NCBI GenBank assembly: GCA_030390025.1
Contig: CM059432.1
Span: forward strand, 103,418,001 to 103,482,000
From: Squalus acanthias
Lineage: Eukaryota
Length of the DNA: 64,000 bases
Direction of reading: 5' to 3'
Shown: positions 22,053 through 34,505 of the stretch, piece by piece
How the letters are laid out: every line of letters starts with the position of its first letter
Position numbering within the stretch: the stretch's first letter is position 1
The notes under the pieces: model-generated
Database searches by the model: none
Told to the model about the DNA's origin: nothing
The model's input: only the letters and a program-made list of their open reading frames with translations
Position numbers and translations under genes: made by a program

Positions 22053-22644
22053 GGGGGAGAAATTCAGTAGCGGCCAGGAAGGGGCGCTAACTTTTGAGAA
22101 GTTGGAAATTTAGCGGCAGGCACTAATCAATCTCGCTGCCTGCTAAATTCAGTCTCAGCGCTTAAAGAATGCAGGGGAAGTGCTTAATCAGGCACTAATG
22201 ATATAGGTGAGTGGCGTTAGGCTCCAAGCGATAATGAATATGAGATGTTGCGTAATCGAAAGTGAGCATTGGTGCAGGCATTAATGGGAGGGTCACTGGA
22301 GTCTGCACACCAGCCCCCAATGAATCGGGGAGTGCAGAACGGCCATATGCTATGAGATGAAATACAAAGTGCTTTGACGACCCCCAACACTCTGGCTGGT
22401 TCACGCCTCCGCTCCCTGGCGCTGGCGGCGTGAGGCGGTAAAGGCAGGGGGCGCTACTGAGCGTTGCACACTCGCTGACGTCACGATCTGCATGGCGAAA
22501 AGGACCGAGGCGCTAACTGTTATCACCGGCGCTATGGGGTCAGCGAATTTGCTGCATGGCGCGGGATTTGCTATGCCACGGCGCTACTGCCTGAGCACCC
22601 CATTAGCACCCCTGCCAGGCACTAACCTACTGAATTTCTAACCC
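22053..22644. mobile_element. Harbinger-type MITE (592 bp) related to the adjacent element
   Basis: TIRs gggggagaaattcagtag / ctactgaatttctaaccc (16/18). Subterminal blocks match the ends of 17938-21910. Flanks are aat/aag. Confidence 0.85.
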
Positions 22645-24551
22645 AAGGTTCTTTATAAATGCAAGTATTTCACATCCTTTTAATTTACCCTCTGATGGAG
22701 GGACAAGATGTTATAGTAGTCAGTGACACTTTCAGGCAGCATTTTGGAAAGAAAAAGTGGTCTGTATGATTTTGTAGGGGGATAGGAAGAATACAAACAT
22801 GCCTTTCTGGGCATAATAGAAAGGAAAGGAGAAAACCCATAGACAGTCATATTGTTTCGTATCAAAATCCCCACTAACTTTAAAGTTGACATAGAAGCAG
22901 GCATCAGCAATAAATGATTCCAAGCATAGTGAAAAGGAAATGGTGCCACGAAAACTGCCAAATAAAAGCATGCTCTGTGGACTGGGGCATTATGCTCTAG
23001 AAATGTGTGTAAATTTCTTGTCCTCAGGCAGAAAGAGAAATTCAGCAAAGAATATATAGCGTGAGATATCAGACATGATCTTATTGAATGTTCTGCTATA
23101 TAGTTAGTTGGTGAAAGAATAGATCAAGATGTAACAGCATAGTTTCCTAATCTTTCAGAGCGCTTGGGTAAGATCTTGGATGAATACCACATTAAACTCA
23201 AGCCTGATTGGCACATTTCAGGATTTCTGATGATTTCACCATGGGAGGGATCTTAGTATGGTGTATAATAAAACTGTCACCTTTAGTTAAATCCAGCTCT
23301 CAAGTGGTTAAACTTACCACAGCTGCTGGAGGATGGCAGAGCAGCAGGAAATGCATATTAAAGCTAAATGGACCAGCTTGTGGAATACATTCCACTTAGA
23401 AATGAGACACACCCTGGGGTGGCAGTAGCTGGTTTGTATTGTTAGTCCTACTGGCTAATCCTGAATGGGGAGTGGGTCAGAGGTCAGCCATTTGTTCTCC
23501 CCCCTTCCTTCTGGACAGAAAACAAAGACCCGCATGGGCAGTTCAGTTAGAAGATCTGGTAAGCGAGACAAGGGTTGCATAGATTCCCCAGGTTAAGAAG
23601 AAAGGCCTGTATATACCTTTGTCTGATTCAATGCTAAGATGGACTAAAGGTAAGTGCATTTACTCCAATAACTGGAACAGGGCTGTGTAGTTTATTATTT
23701 TCCTTGTTCATGAGGAGGGAATGGAAATTAGTTGGAGTAAGGGCTGTTTTGTTACAATTGCTCTTCTGTACATTTACTTGCAGTCTGTAAGATAAAGCTG
23801 CCAAATGATTCATATTTGACCTTGTCTCACTAAAATGCTATCAATACGTCTACTGAAAGATTGAAGAATTGCACATGACAGATAATGGGCAGGAGGGTGT
23901 GTGCCTGAAGGTAAGACACAGGGACCACGATGGGAGTGACCAGTACCACTGAACCCGAGAGAATATCTAAGGCAGACCTGAAATTTGTAACACTGGTGCA
24001 AAAACATTTTCCATATCAGCTCCTATTCTACTGTGACTGAAAGTGAAAAAAGAATTGACCACAATGGAGTAATAACAAGAATATAGAAATCTAAAAAAGA
24101 GTGCAAGGGAAAAGTTATAACCTCAAAACCAAATGGCCGATTTTGAATTTCTGTGGAATTGAAAAAGTTAATTGAGCATGTGTGTTAGAGAAAGCAATCC
24201 AAACTCAGCTCAGAGGAGTGTGTGATTTTTTTTCAAAATTAGGTAAAATATTTGAATTCTGGCATATCACTGTCAAAATAATCTGTTCTGCATACAACAT
24301 TTACCATCACCCTTTTTGAGGTTTCCATTTCAATCGGCTTCAAATGGTATCACTTCAGCTTCAGAGTATTTCCAGAGGCATATGTCAATACTCTTGGAAA
24401 GCTTTTGTGGGTTCTCTGCCAGATAGATGGTATTCCAATCTTCAGAGAGACACAGTCAAAGCATAACAAGAATGGAAAGCCAATTAGGTCAGTTTCAATC
24501 AAATTTCACAGAGAAAACTGAAGTTTTAAAGAACCTTCCAAGCAAAAACAA

Positions 24552-25348
24552 AAAATGTGAAGTTATCCACTTTGGTAGGAAAAATAGAAAAGCAGTGTAT
24601 TTTTTAAATGGTGAGAGATTGGGAAATGTTGGTGTTCAGAGGGACCTGGGTGTCCTTGTACACGAATCACTGAAAGTTAACATGCAGGTACAGCAAGCAA
24701 TTAGGAAAGCAAATGGTATGTTGACCTTTATTACAAGAGGATTTGAGTATAAGAGTAAAGACGTCTTACTGCAATTATATAGGGCCCTGGTGAGACCACA
24801 CCTGGAGTATTGTGTACAGTTTTGGTCTCCTTATCTAAGGAAGGATATACTTGCCATAGAGGGAGTGTAACAAAGGTTCACCAGACTGGTTCCTGGGATG
24901 GAGGGATTGTCCTATGAGGAGAAATTGAGTAGACTAGGCCTATATTCTCTGGAGTTTAGAAGAATGAGAGGTGATCTCATTGAAACATACAAAATTCTTA
25001 CAGGACTTGACAGGGTAGATGTTTCCCCTGGCTGGGGAGTCTAGCACCAGGGGTCATAGTCTCAGAATAAGGGGTTGGCCATTTAGGACTGAGAGGAGGA
25101 GAAATTTCTTCACTCAAAGGGTGGTGAATCTTTGGAATTCTCTACCCCACAGGGCTGTGGAGGCTCAGTCGTTGAGTATATTCAAGATAGAGATCAATAG
25201 ATTTTTGAATATTAAGGGAATCAAGGGATAGGGGGATAGTGCAGGAAAGTGGAGATGAGGTAGAAGATCAGCCATGATCTTTTGAATGGCGGAGCAGGCT
25301 CGAAGGGCCGAATGGCCTGCTCCTGCTCCTATTTCTTATGTTCTTATG
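24552..25348 (+). mobile_element. CR1 LINE 3' fragment
   Basis: KCEVIHFG...LEYCVQFWSP...FFTQRVV, with tail (ttcttatg)n. Confidence 0.92.
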
Positions 25349-25389
25349 TAAGGATATGGGTAACAAATAAAACAAGTAACCAACATAGA

Positions 25390-25500
25390 GGGCCTGAATT
25401 TGCGGAACATGCAGAAATCCCAAACTTGCGGTCAGTTTCAAAGGCGGTATGACGGCGTACTCTGACTGTTCGCTGTCATACCGACCGCAAATTCACGGCC
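25390..25500. mobile_element. Tiny MITE (111 bp) related to the ~0.8-kb GGCC-ended family
   Basis: TIRs gggcctgaatttgcgg / ccgcaaattcacggcc, flanked by aga/aga. The internal gcggtcagtttc is the reverse complement of the family left arm near 27472. Confidence 0.7.
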
Positions 25501-25899
25501 AGAGTATTTAAAGGAATAAAGACAGTGCTAAGTATTTTACCCATACCGTTATTTCATGACTCCAAGAGAGAAACCCTGTACTTTTGTGGATGAAACTTTC
25601 AGATTTTAGACCTCTGTTAGACCACAGCTTCCCTTATCAGGCCTTTTAATAAATTACCAGACAATGGTTGTGGGTTACTTCTCTTATCTTCATGTATACC
25701 TCATCTTGTTTTTCATCTATTTTCCCCCAAATAAGCAGTCTGGAAATCTTTGGTCTTTAGCCGAGAAACTGTAGCTGTCTGTTTTCTGGTACTCGTGCTA
25801 ACTTTAGCCTACCCAGAATACAACCCTGCCACTGTTAGCCATTCTTCTAAATTTACACTAAGCTATATTAATCTACCAATTTAACACGTTAGTCCAGTA

Positions 25900-26060
25900 A
25901 ACCTATTTGGACAAGGTGTTATCCTACAACAGATGTCCCCTCTAGGACAATGACTTCCAGTAAAGCACGCCTCGTGACTAATGAGCACCATAGAAGGAAG
26001 CTACATAGAAATAGAGAAAGAAGTTTTTGTTATTACTTGGGAAACCTTTCCATATTGAGA
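25900..26060 (+). mobile_element. Highly decayed Gypsy RNase H remnant
   Basis: Translates approximately GQGVILQQ...PVKHAS*LMSTIEGSYIEIEKEVFVITW, similar to the Gypsy PVAYASR...Y..IEKE.LA..W motif. Confidence 0.55.
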
Positions 26061-26114
26061 CTATTTTGAGGTAGATTCCTCCTATTTCAAATGATAATAT
26101 TTGAAGATAATGCT

Positions 26115-26284
26115 GGTAATTTTCACCCTTACTGCTTGGGTGGTAAACTAGCAGAGCAGATCACCCGGCCGTTATAGAACCCATTCAATTTTCATTATGG
26201 AAATGAAATTGTGCGGCTTTAATAAGGGAGGGATGCGATATACTTCGCCAGTTTACCACCCAAGCAGTGAAGGTGAAAATTACC
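26115..26284. mobile_element. Hairpin MITE with ~35-bp inverted arms
   Basis: ggtaattttcacccttactgcttgggtggtaaact is nearly the reverse complement of agtttaccacccaagcagtgaaggtgaaaattacc. Confidence 0.8.
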
Positions 26285-26720
26285 CCTATATCCTTGGGCC
26301 AATGTAGCAACTATGTGCATGGAAACCTCTTTATCTGTGACAAATACTATTAGTTTACTCAGATATTGCCAGATCACTGGAACGAGACAGAAATCAGTCA
26401 GCATAAAGGTGTGCACTTTTTGTATTGCAGCTGATGTTGCTCATTTAAGCGAGTGTCCCATTTTGACAGCTGTAGTTTTTATGCATAATTTGACCAGCCA
26501 AGAATTGTACAGAGTAAATAGTTGAATGATAATCTGACAGACTAAAAATTAGTTGCCAATGGGAATCTATGAGGAGAATCAAAACATATCTCTGAATCTT
26601 TGAAAATTATTCAGAGACAAACATAAAGTAAATATATTGTACAAGGCCGAACACAAATCAATAAAAACAAGATGAGCAAAGGAAATTAATACTTATACAC
26701 AAAGGTTAATGAGCAATAAC

Positions 26721-26930
26721 AACAGAAAACGCTGGAAAAACTCAGCAGGCCAGGCAGCATCCGTGGAGAGAGAAACAGAGTTAACGTTTCAGGCCGAACA
26801 CCTTTCGTCAGAACTAGAAAAAAGCAGGAAATGGAACAGATTTTAAAGCAAGGTTAGGGGCTGGGAAATGGGGTAGGGGATGAAAGAACAAAAGGGAAGG
26901 TCAGTGATAGGATGGAAGGCAGGAGAAGTA
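26721..26930 (-). mobile_element. Penelope-like pLTR fragment with hammerhead motif (26779-26815)
   Basis: Homologous to 12656-12757. Minus strand reads AGUU-CUGACGA-AAGGUGUUCGGCCU-GAAAC-GUU-AACU. Confidence 0.75.
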
Positions 26931-27410
26931 AAGAGGCATTAAGAGATATTCAAAATAGAATTTTAAAATGATTATTCGTGAAAGTGTTACGAAATGTAAA
27001 TAGTTGAACTTTTATGATGCACTGATGCTCCAATGTGCTAATCTATTGACTGGTAGGTTCCTGGCACAAGCCCACGATTCTCCAAATGGCGAGCTGGCAA
27101 TTAGGGGGAGCACTGGGCCAAGGTGAGGTATTTCCTTGCTGTAATGGTGGAGGTGGGCAAATCTTCCTGAATCAGTTCTGTGCTCAACCTTGCAGCTAGG
27201 TCAACAGCACCATCAAAAGATGCTGGGGAGCAGGTTCGCTGCTTGCCCCACTGCTAGGGAATGTTGTCAAGTTCAGGGAGACTTAGAGATGGAAAACAAA
27301 CAATTGAAAATAGATACAAACATAAACAGTTGAACAAAAATCAATTAAAACTAGTCAAGCTCAATATTCATATATTGTAGCTAATTAGGACATTTGTGCT
27401 TATTTATCAT

Positions 27411-28203
27411 GGCCTGCAACTTGCGGTCCTGATGACGGTGAACTGGCAGCGTTTGCAGTCATTTTGCCGTCGAAACTGACCACAACTTCAGGATTTAGCG
27501 CATGCGCAGCCTAACGATGAAATTCTGAAGTTGCGGTCTGTCATTCACTGCTCCTCCATGGGCTGTTCTGTGGACCCCCCTCGCGCCCCCCCCCCCCCAA
27601 CCCCCTCGCCGGTAATCAGTGAAATCACTGATCTGATTAAACTGCCCCTTTTCCAAACATATATTGCTGTTAGAAACATCATAAAAAGTTAGACCTATTC
27701 AAATGAGGCGTAACTGGGTTTTTAACAGCGATCTGAGTAATAACTATTGATAAACAACCATTCTGGCCATGAAAAACTAATGTTATATTGGTGCAATTTC
27801 AAATTTCTCCATTAAGTTAAAAATTATTAGGTTTTAAAATTAATTAAAAATTATTTATTTTTTAAAGTTTGTTCATGATATTTCAGCTACTACCTTAACC
27901 CAATTTGTATGTCCCAATCTTTATTTCACTCTCTGTAAATTTTTTAAAAAGTGATTAATTATTAGTGCTTTTTATTTCCTGGTTCCCTGTCTGAGAATTC
28001 TGCTTTGTGATTGGTTGCTTAGACAGTTTGTTGACATCACACCAGCTCGCACTATGGGATTCCCACTATACAACATTGATTTCATCTGCACATTGGAAAA
28101 ACCAAACTTCTTGCCATAGACATCATGAGATCTTTGTGGGAAGCTTACTTTGGGGCCAGTGGCGAATGCCTTTGCTTCACCGCTCACCACAAATTACGGG
28201 TCC
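27411..28203 (+). mobile_element. Non-autonomous ~0.8-kb DNA transposon with GGCC ends (Harbinger-like), copy 1
   Basis: Collinear with the copies at 45681-48834 and 58232-58987. Degenerate TIRs. Confidence 0.7.
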
Positions 28204-30911
28204 ATGTCTTTAGCCAATGAATGGCTCAATTTTCCACCATTTTATATTCAGTATAAATACGTGCGAAACACTGATGAATTTTGTCTAGTTTACATCTAGA
28301 TAATATGATGACAGATTAGGTAGTCAATAGCTTGAGTTTCTATCTCAATATTCAGGGGAGGTTTTTTTGTAAGGTAAATTCACAGTTCATTGTTGAAATG
28401 CTTGAGAAACAGAAGATACTCTGTTCAAAATGTAATAAGCAAAAAATTGAAATCCTTATAATGGAACAATAATGAATTTAAAAATCCAAGTTAAAATAGC
28501 ACACAATTGGCTCAGTTTTATATATATAAAAAGATATGATTTTAAAACTGGGTCTGATACAGACATACCATAGATAAAGTAAGGTATACTTTTTAAATGC
28601 TTTATTTAAGTTTGGTTGCATATTTTCTTAAAGATAAATAGCTCCTTTGAGACACACGGTGTGGGCCCTAACATTATGAAACATCGCACTCTTGTGAAAA
28701 GATCATATATTCTGTGCAACTAATGCAAAACAAATTTTCAAGATCTTGACTAACAGCCACCCGCACCTAATTAGGGGGTGCAAGATGGTTCATTCCCAGA
28801 CTATGACTTGCAGATTAATAACTGCAATATTCAAGCTCCTAGACTTGACTGCTTAATCTAAATCCATATAAGCTTTGCTACTAATCTGCTACGATTATAG
28901 GCATGCCCTATATATTCTGAAGAGAGGTGTGAAATGTACTAGACTGTTATCAGTGGGGGTGAAAAGTAATGTAAAAAAGTTATATTTAGCTGCATGTTTT
29001 CTTACAAAATATTTCAATGCACATTTTGAAATTTAAGTTTTTATCAAGACTCCAAAATGCATTGTATTTGACACACAATTCAAACACATCAGTAATTCCA
29101 ACATACATTCCTCAGATATTTTGCCGTCTCTGAACACTGACATATTTGTACTGCTTTGTGTTTAAAAAGAAAAACACAAAAGAGAGAAAAATACACAAGA
29201 TCGTTCTTTCAATAGTCAAGGCATTGATTTATTTTAAAAATTGCAATGGCACAATGCACCAATTTTGTTGGAATATAACATTGTGACTATTCACTGCTAT
29301 GTGGAAATTTGCACAACTTTGGGATGGGGATGGGATACAAGTGCGAGACACAACTGTGTTATCCCAAATTTGAAGTCATTTTGTTGTAAGATAGTCCAAT
29401 CTCCTCCCTGTATGCTATTTGCAGAAAATATTTTTTTTCTAAAAATCACAGACTTGTAGTTTAAAGCCTCTTCTGGCATTTTACAGACATAGTTTGAATT
29501 CCTGCTAGAAAGGTAACTCTTTGGCAATATTAGTTTTTTTAAAGTTCAATCTTTGAAAGTCTATGATGCACACACAATGCTCAGCTAAATATAAAAATAT
29601 AACTCTATACCCACGCCACATAAAAGTTAATTTTGATTGACATTCTACACCCACTTTTACTAAGCTAAAAATGAGTATAACCATTGACTGTATATGTTGC
29701 ATATGAAATTATAGCTAGTGAAATGGAATTTAACACTTATTACCAAGAACACTGGTTTTTACAAAGAAATAGATGGAACTGTGGAATGCAATTCACAAAA
29801 ATACTGGTAAAAATCCCTAAATCCCAGTTAATAAAAATGGAATTTGACTTATTCAGTCACCATAAAGCAGTAGCCCTCTTTGTAGGGAATATTAGGCCCT
29901 TGTATATTATGGGCAAAGCTTCTGGGTTTCCATTTCCATGAAAAGAATAAACAGAATCACATAGCATAATCCCCAAATACTGGTAAAAATCCTGGAATTC
30001 CATGTAATGAAAACAGAAATTGACGTTCAGTCGCTAGTTGCTGTGGTCATTGTGCTTTACAGTCAATCACACTGGTTAAGCAAAATAACTACAGAAGACA
30101 GCACATGTACTGGAAACAATCAATGTTGTAATAAGTCAAATCTCCAATAGGATTTGAACCTACAGGGTATGCACAAGAACCTTCTAAACCCATTCTCTTT
30201 GTACTTCTGCTAAACTGGCAGCTTGATGTGCAATCAATGAATTCTCTCAAGGTAGCGGAAATTTGAATTAAGAATCATATATAGAACCTGAATACTGAAG
30301 CTTAAGACGTTGAGAACTTCCATTTTTCAGCTGAAGTGGCTCTCGCCTCGATATGGAACTGGAATATTCTAGTCAGGGAAATTTTCTTTTATATTCCAAT
30401 TTCCATTCTCCCAGTATTGTGGTATCAGAGTAACTAATGAAGCCTATTTTTGCAGTACGGGATGTTTATCTGCTGTGCAATATGTAGATTTCCATATCTA
30501 GTGTCTGTGTTGGATGCATTTTACAGTAGGACCCATTTGAAAACATTCTCTAGCTGAATTTCAGATACTTCCACTGAGGATATGAGCATATAGCACCAAA
30601 TCATTACTTTGAGATATCTTCATGGTTTCTCATTGAAACTTCTGCAGGAATGTAACTAACTATTGTCTCCGGTCCTTTAGGGGGAAAAACTCAATTTTTG
30701 ATACAAGTGAAGATGACAAAGTTACATTAAAATATAAATGTTCAGAAATTAGTTCCTAATTCCAAGCACAATTCTCCCACCCACCCTCCTCCACCACTTC
30801 ATTTACACAGCGAAGTCAACAAACATAGATGCTCTCTACTCACCAGTACACTGCCATTATCTGCTTTGGAGTGACTGGTGTCAGCCTTTTGTAACTAGAC
30901 ACAGCAACAAA

Positions 30912-31797
30912 GACGATAGGAGCAGGAGTAGGCCATTCGGCCCCTCGAGCCTGTTCCGCCATTTAATGAGATCATGGCTGATCATCCAAATTCAGTACCC
31001 TGTCCCTGCTTTCTCCCCATATCCCTTGATCCCTTTAGCCTTAAGAAATATATCTAACTCCTTCTTGAATATATTTAATGAATTGGCCTCAACTGCCTTC
31101 TGTGGTAGAGAATTCCATTGGTTCACCACTCTCTGGGTGAAGAAATTCCTCCTCATCTCAGTCCTAAATGGCTTACCCCTTATCCTTAGACTGTGACCCC
31201 TGGTTCTGGACTCCCCCGCCATCGGGAACATCCTTCCTGCATCTAGTCTGTCTGGTCCTGTTAGAATTTTATAAGTTTCAATGTGACCCCCTCTCATTCT
31301 TCTAAACTCTAGCGAATATAAGCCTAATCGACCCAATCTCTCTTCATATGTCATTCCTGCCATCCCAGGTATCAGTCTGGTGAATCTTCGCTGCACTCTC
31401 TCCATGGCAAGAACATCCTTTCTCAGATAAGGTGACCAAAACTGCACACAATACTCAAGGTGTGGTCTCACCAAGGCCCTGTACAACTGCAGCAAGACAT
31501 CCTTGCTCCTGTACTCGAATCCTCTCGCTATGAAGGCCAACATACCATTTGCCTTCTTAACCGCCTGCTGCACCTGCATGCTTACCTTCAGCGACTGGTG
31601 CACAAGGACACCCAGGTCTCGTTGCACTTCCCCTTTTCCCAATCTATTGCCGTTCAGATAATAATCTGTCTTCCTGTTTTTGCCACCAAAGTGGATAACC
31701 TCGCATTTATCCACATTATACTGCATCTGCCATGCATCTGCCCAATCACCCAACCTGTCCAAATCATACTGGAGTTTCTCTGCATCCTCCTCACAGC
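30912..31797 (-). mobile_element. Young CR1 3' fragment (same subfamily as 9670-10520)
   Basis: ORF 30992-31855 is nearly identical in protein to the 9670 and 38683 copies. Confidence 0.93.
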
Positions 31798-31896
31798 ACA
31801 CACGCTGCCATAGGAATTTCCATTGTGGATCCAGAATAGTCAGCCATACCCACACTCTTGGTGCATTTCATAGTAACATTTACCAAAGGTGGCATA

Positions 31897-32056
31897 GGTC
31901 GTTGAGTATATTCAAGACATAGATTTTTGAATATTAAGGGAATCAAAGGATATGGGGATAGTGGAGATGAGGTAGAAGATCAGCTATGATCTTATTGAAT
32001 GGCGGAGCAGGCTCGAGGGGCCAAATGGCCTATCCCTGCTCCTATTTCTTATGTTA
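31897..32056 (+). mobile_element. CR1 3' tail fragment
   Basis: Matches the tails at 25170-25348 and 41835-42018. Confidence 0.85.
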
Positions 32057-33129
32057 GGTATTAAAAAAATGTATATATCAGCTTTTCTTTTTAATACCAA
32101 TAAATAAACCAAAACAGATATTAGGAAAATTACAATGAAAAATGGACCTGTACGGAACAGAAAATATTTTCCAAACACTCAGAATATTCAAAACGGAGGA
32201 TAGGTGAGGAGGGTACCTCGGAAGCAGGGCTCCATCGCACATTTATTTCAACAGAAGACCATTCTGAATGAAAAATGAATGGGCTCATCAGCACCAAGAG
32301 CTCTTAAGATGCATCAGGATACCCATGCAATTATTACTTCTCTTTTTAAAGACCATATCTGATGATGTTTAAGGAAGCCATGATCCAGAGCTAATGGAGT
32401 AATGCAAAATGAGAAGCACCATTGAGCAGTCAAGTAATTGGGCCGAACATACAAAGAGACAATGATAAATGAAGGTCTGCACGAAATTAATGACCAAAAG
32501 TAAGGGTGAGATAAAGTAATCAGTGTCAGTGATGAGGGCAAAATGAGCTTATTAGCATAGTTTTAAAAGTAATATGTCTTATGGGAGCATAACCTTGATT
32601 TTCAAACTGCAGAATGAGGATCAATTGAGGTCATGGGAAACCATTTCACTTCTCATGTAAGGTGTGGTTGCAATGCACAAGATCCAACTATTATTTCATC
32701 CTACTGGAACTTTTTAACCTACTCCAATGCCGTTTTAAAAAAATTATTATCTTGCAACCCCTTCAAGCTCAATGTTAAAAGTACTTGATAACATGCAAGT
32801 TCTTGAAATTATTAATCACAGTTTGAGCTCAGGGACTCTGCGATGCGGTAAATTCTGCAAATGACAATGTCAGCTCTTCGCAGGCTCATACATTCAGTCT
32901 TGATTGAAGACTTTAGAAATAATTTCATGGTTACTGATACATGTTTGAGTGTTGCTGACTCAGTTTGAACCACTGGTAATCAGTATAACAGAATCTGATG
33001 TGTAAAATCTCAATCTATTTTTATAAAGGCAAGTGATTATTGAAATGAGACATACTTGTAATTAACTATCTGATTATTGCAACATTATATCTATTGATAA
33101 CATGTCACTTTGGAAACAGTTTCACAAGC

Positions 33130-33890
33130 TTCTTACGGACGAGGAAAGCCATTCAGCCCATCTTAATTCCTTCCTCTAGAACAATCCTATAGTGCTCCAT
33201 CTATTTGCTTTTAAAATGATCCCAGGGCTTACACCTCCACCACTATGCCTGGAAGTCCATTCTATAGGTTGATCATTCTCTGTGAAGAAGAAGGTCCTGA
33301 TATCAGTCCTAAAGTTACCTTTTACTAGTTTGAACCTGTGTCTCGTCATATTGCTACTGCTTCTTTTAAAAGTAGTATTCTGGATTTACCTTTTCCATAC
33401 CATTTACTATCTTACATACCTCTATAAGAACACCTCTCAGACAACTCCTTTCCAAGCTGAAAAGTCCAAGTGTCTCTACAGTCTTAACTTATAACTCAGA
33501 CCCCTGACACGAGGGCTCAGCCTCATGGCTCTTCTTTGCACTGCCTTCAGCACTTGATGGTCTCCCACGTTTCTCAGTGACCAGAAATGGACGTAGTACT
33601 CAAGGTGCGTTCTGAGCAAAGCACCGTACAGCTTGATCACAAAGTCCTCTGAATTGTATTTTACTGTTTTTGGCTATGTAGTTCAATATGTTTTTGGCTT
33701 CGTTGAGTGCTGCTCTGAATTGTTTGGACATGTGAGTCTACCAGACTCCTAGGTCTCTTTCAATCTCATCCTTAGCTATTTCAGAACTATTCATTAAGAG
33801 TAATGCATCATCCATTTTCCTTCCTACGTGTAGTACTTTGCATTTGTATGCATTACATTTCATTTGCCATTATTCGGCCACTCACATTTT
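33130..33890 (-). mobile_element. Old, diverged CR1 3' fragment
   Basis: Degenerate matches to the CR1 tail (gccattcagccc) and to the P.LEY.V.FW region near 33580-33630. Confidence 0.65.
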
Positions 33891-34448
33891 GTTTACAAAT
33901 TCAGAGTTATAAAATAGCTCCCAATGCTTCTGTAGTTTTACTTTACTCTCTTCCTCTGGAATTAGGTAACATTTATTGCAAGTTGTGCCATTACAAAATG
34001 GAAAAAAATGAAAGCAATAAAGTCCTTTGGTGCTTGAATGGTTTGATCCTTGTGATGTTTGACCCGAGAAGCAGCAGAAACATATGCAAACCCTGTTCCA
34101 AGTTTAACATGCTTATTACCTGTACAAATATTGCAGCACTTTAAGATTACCCCTCAATCCTGAGACCGAGGCATTGTCACACACTTCTAATTAATTGAAA
34201 ATGTTAATGCCTAAAGCACTACTTGTGAAAATAATTTGTAGTAAACCCAATTTAGCAATCTTAATTCCAACCAATACCTGCCCACACTACAATCTGATTT
34301 GAGAGAGTTTCCATTATTTGAGATTGGGCAGAAACTCTCTGATAAAATTTCTATGTTGGCCATAGTAAAGACTAGAGGGTCAATGTGTGACCATCTTCTG
34401 AAGTTACAGTGCCACTGCCACCTTCCTTCCACAAGCCAGCATACCTTA

Positions 34449-34450
<2 letters not shown>

Positions 34451-34487
<37 letters not shown>

Positions 34488-34505
34488 GGGGGGGAGGGGG
34501 GGGGG
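34451..34505. repeat. (GT)n microsatellite followed by G runs
   Basis: Directly visible. Confidence 0.95.

Larger units (their letters stand above)
17858..22675 (+). mobile_element. Old Deu-domain SINE broken into three pieces (17858-17937, 21911-22052, 22645-22675)
   Basis: The pieces are collinear with the intact SINE at 39843: ggtgtcctggcca | cattgctgtttgtgggatcttgctg | ataaatgcaagt. Confidence 0.75.

Noticed and set aside
23400..23992. Possible old solo LTR ending tgtaaca
   Set aside because: I could not define a 5' TG end or a TSD.
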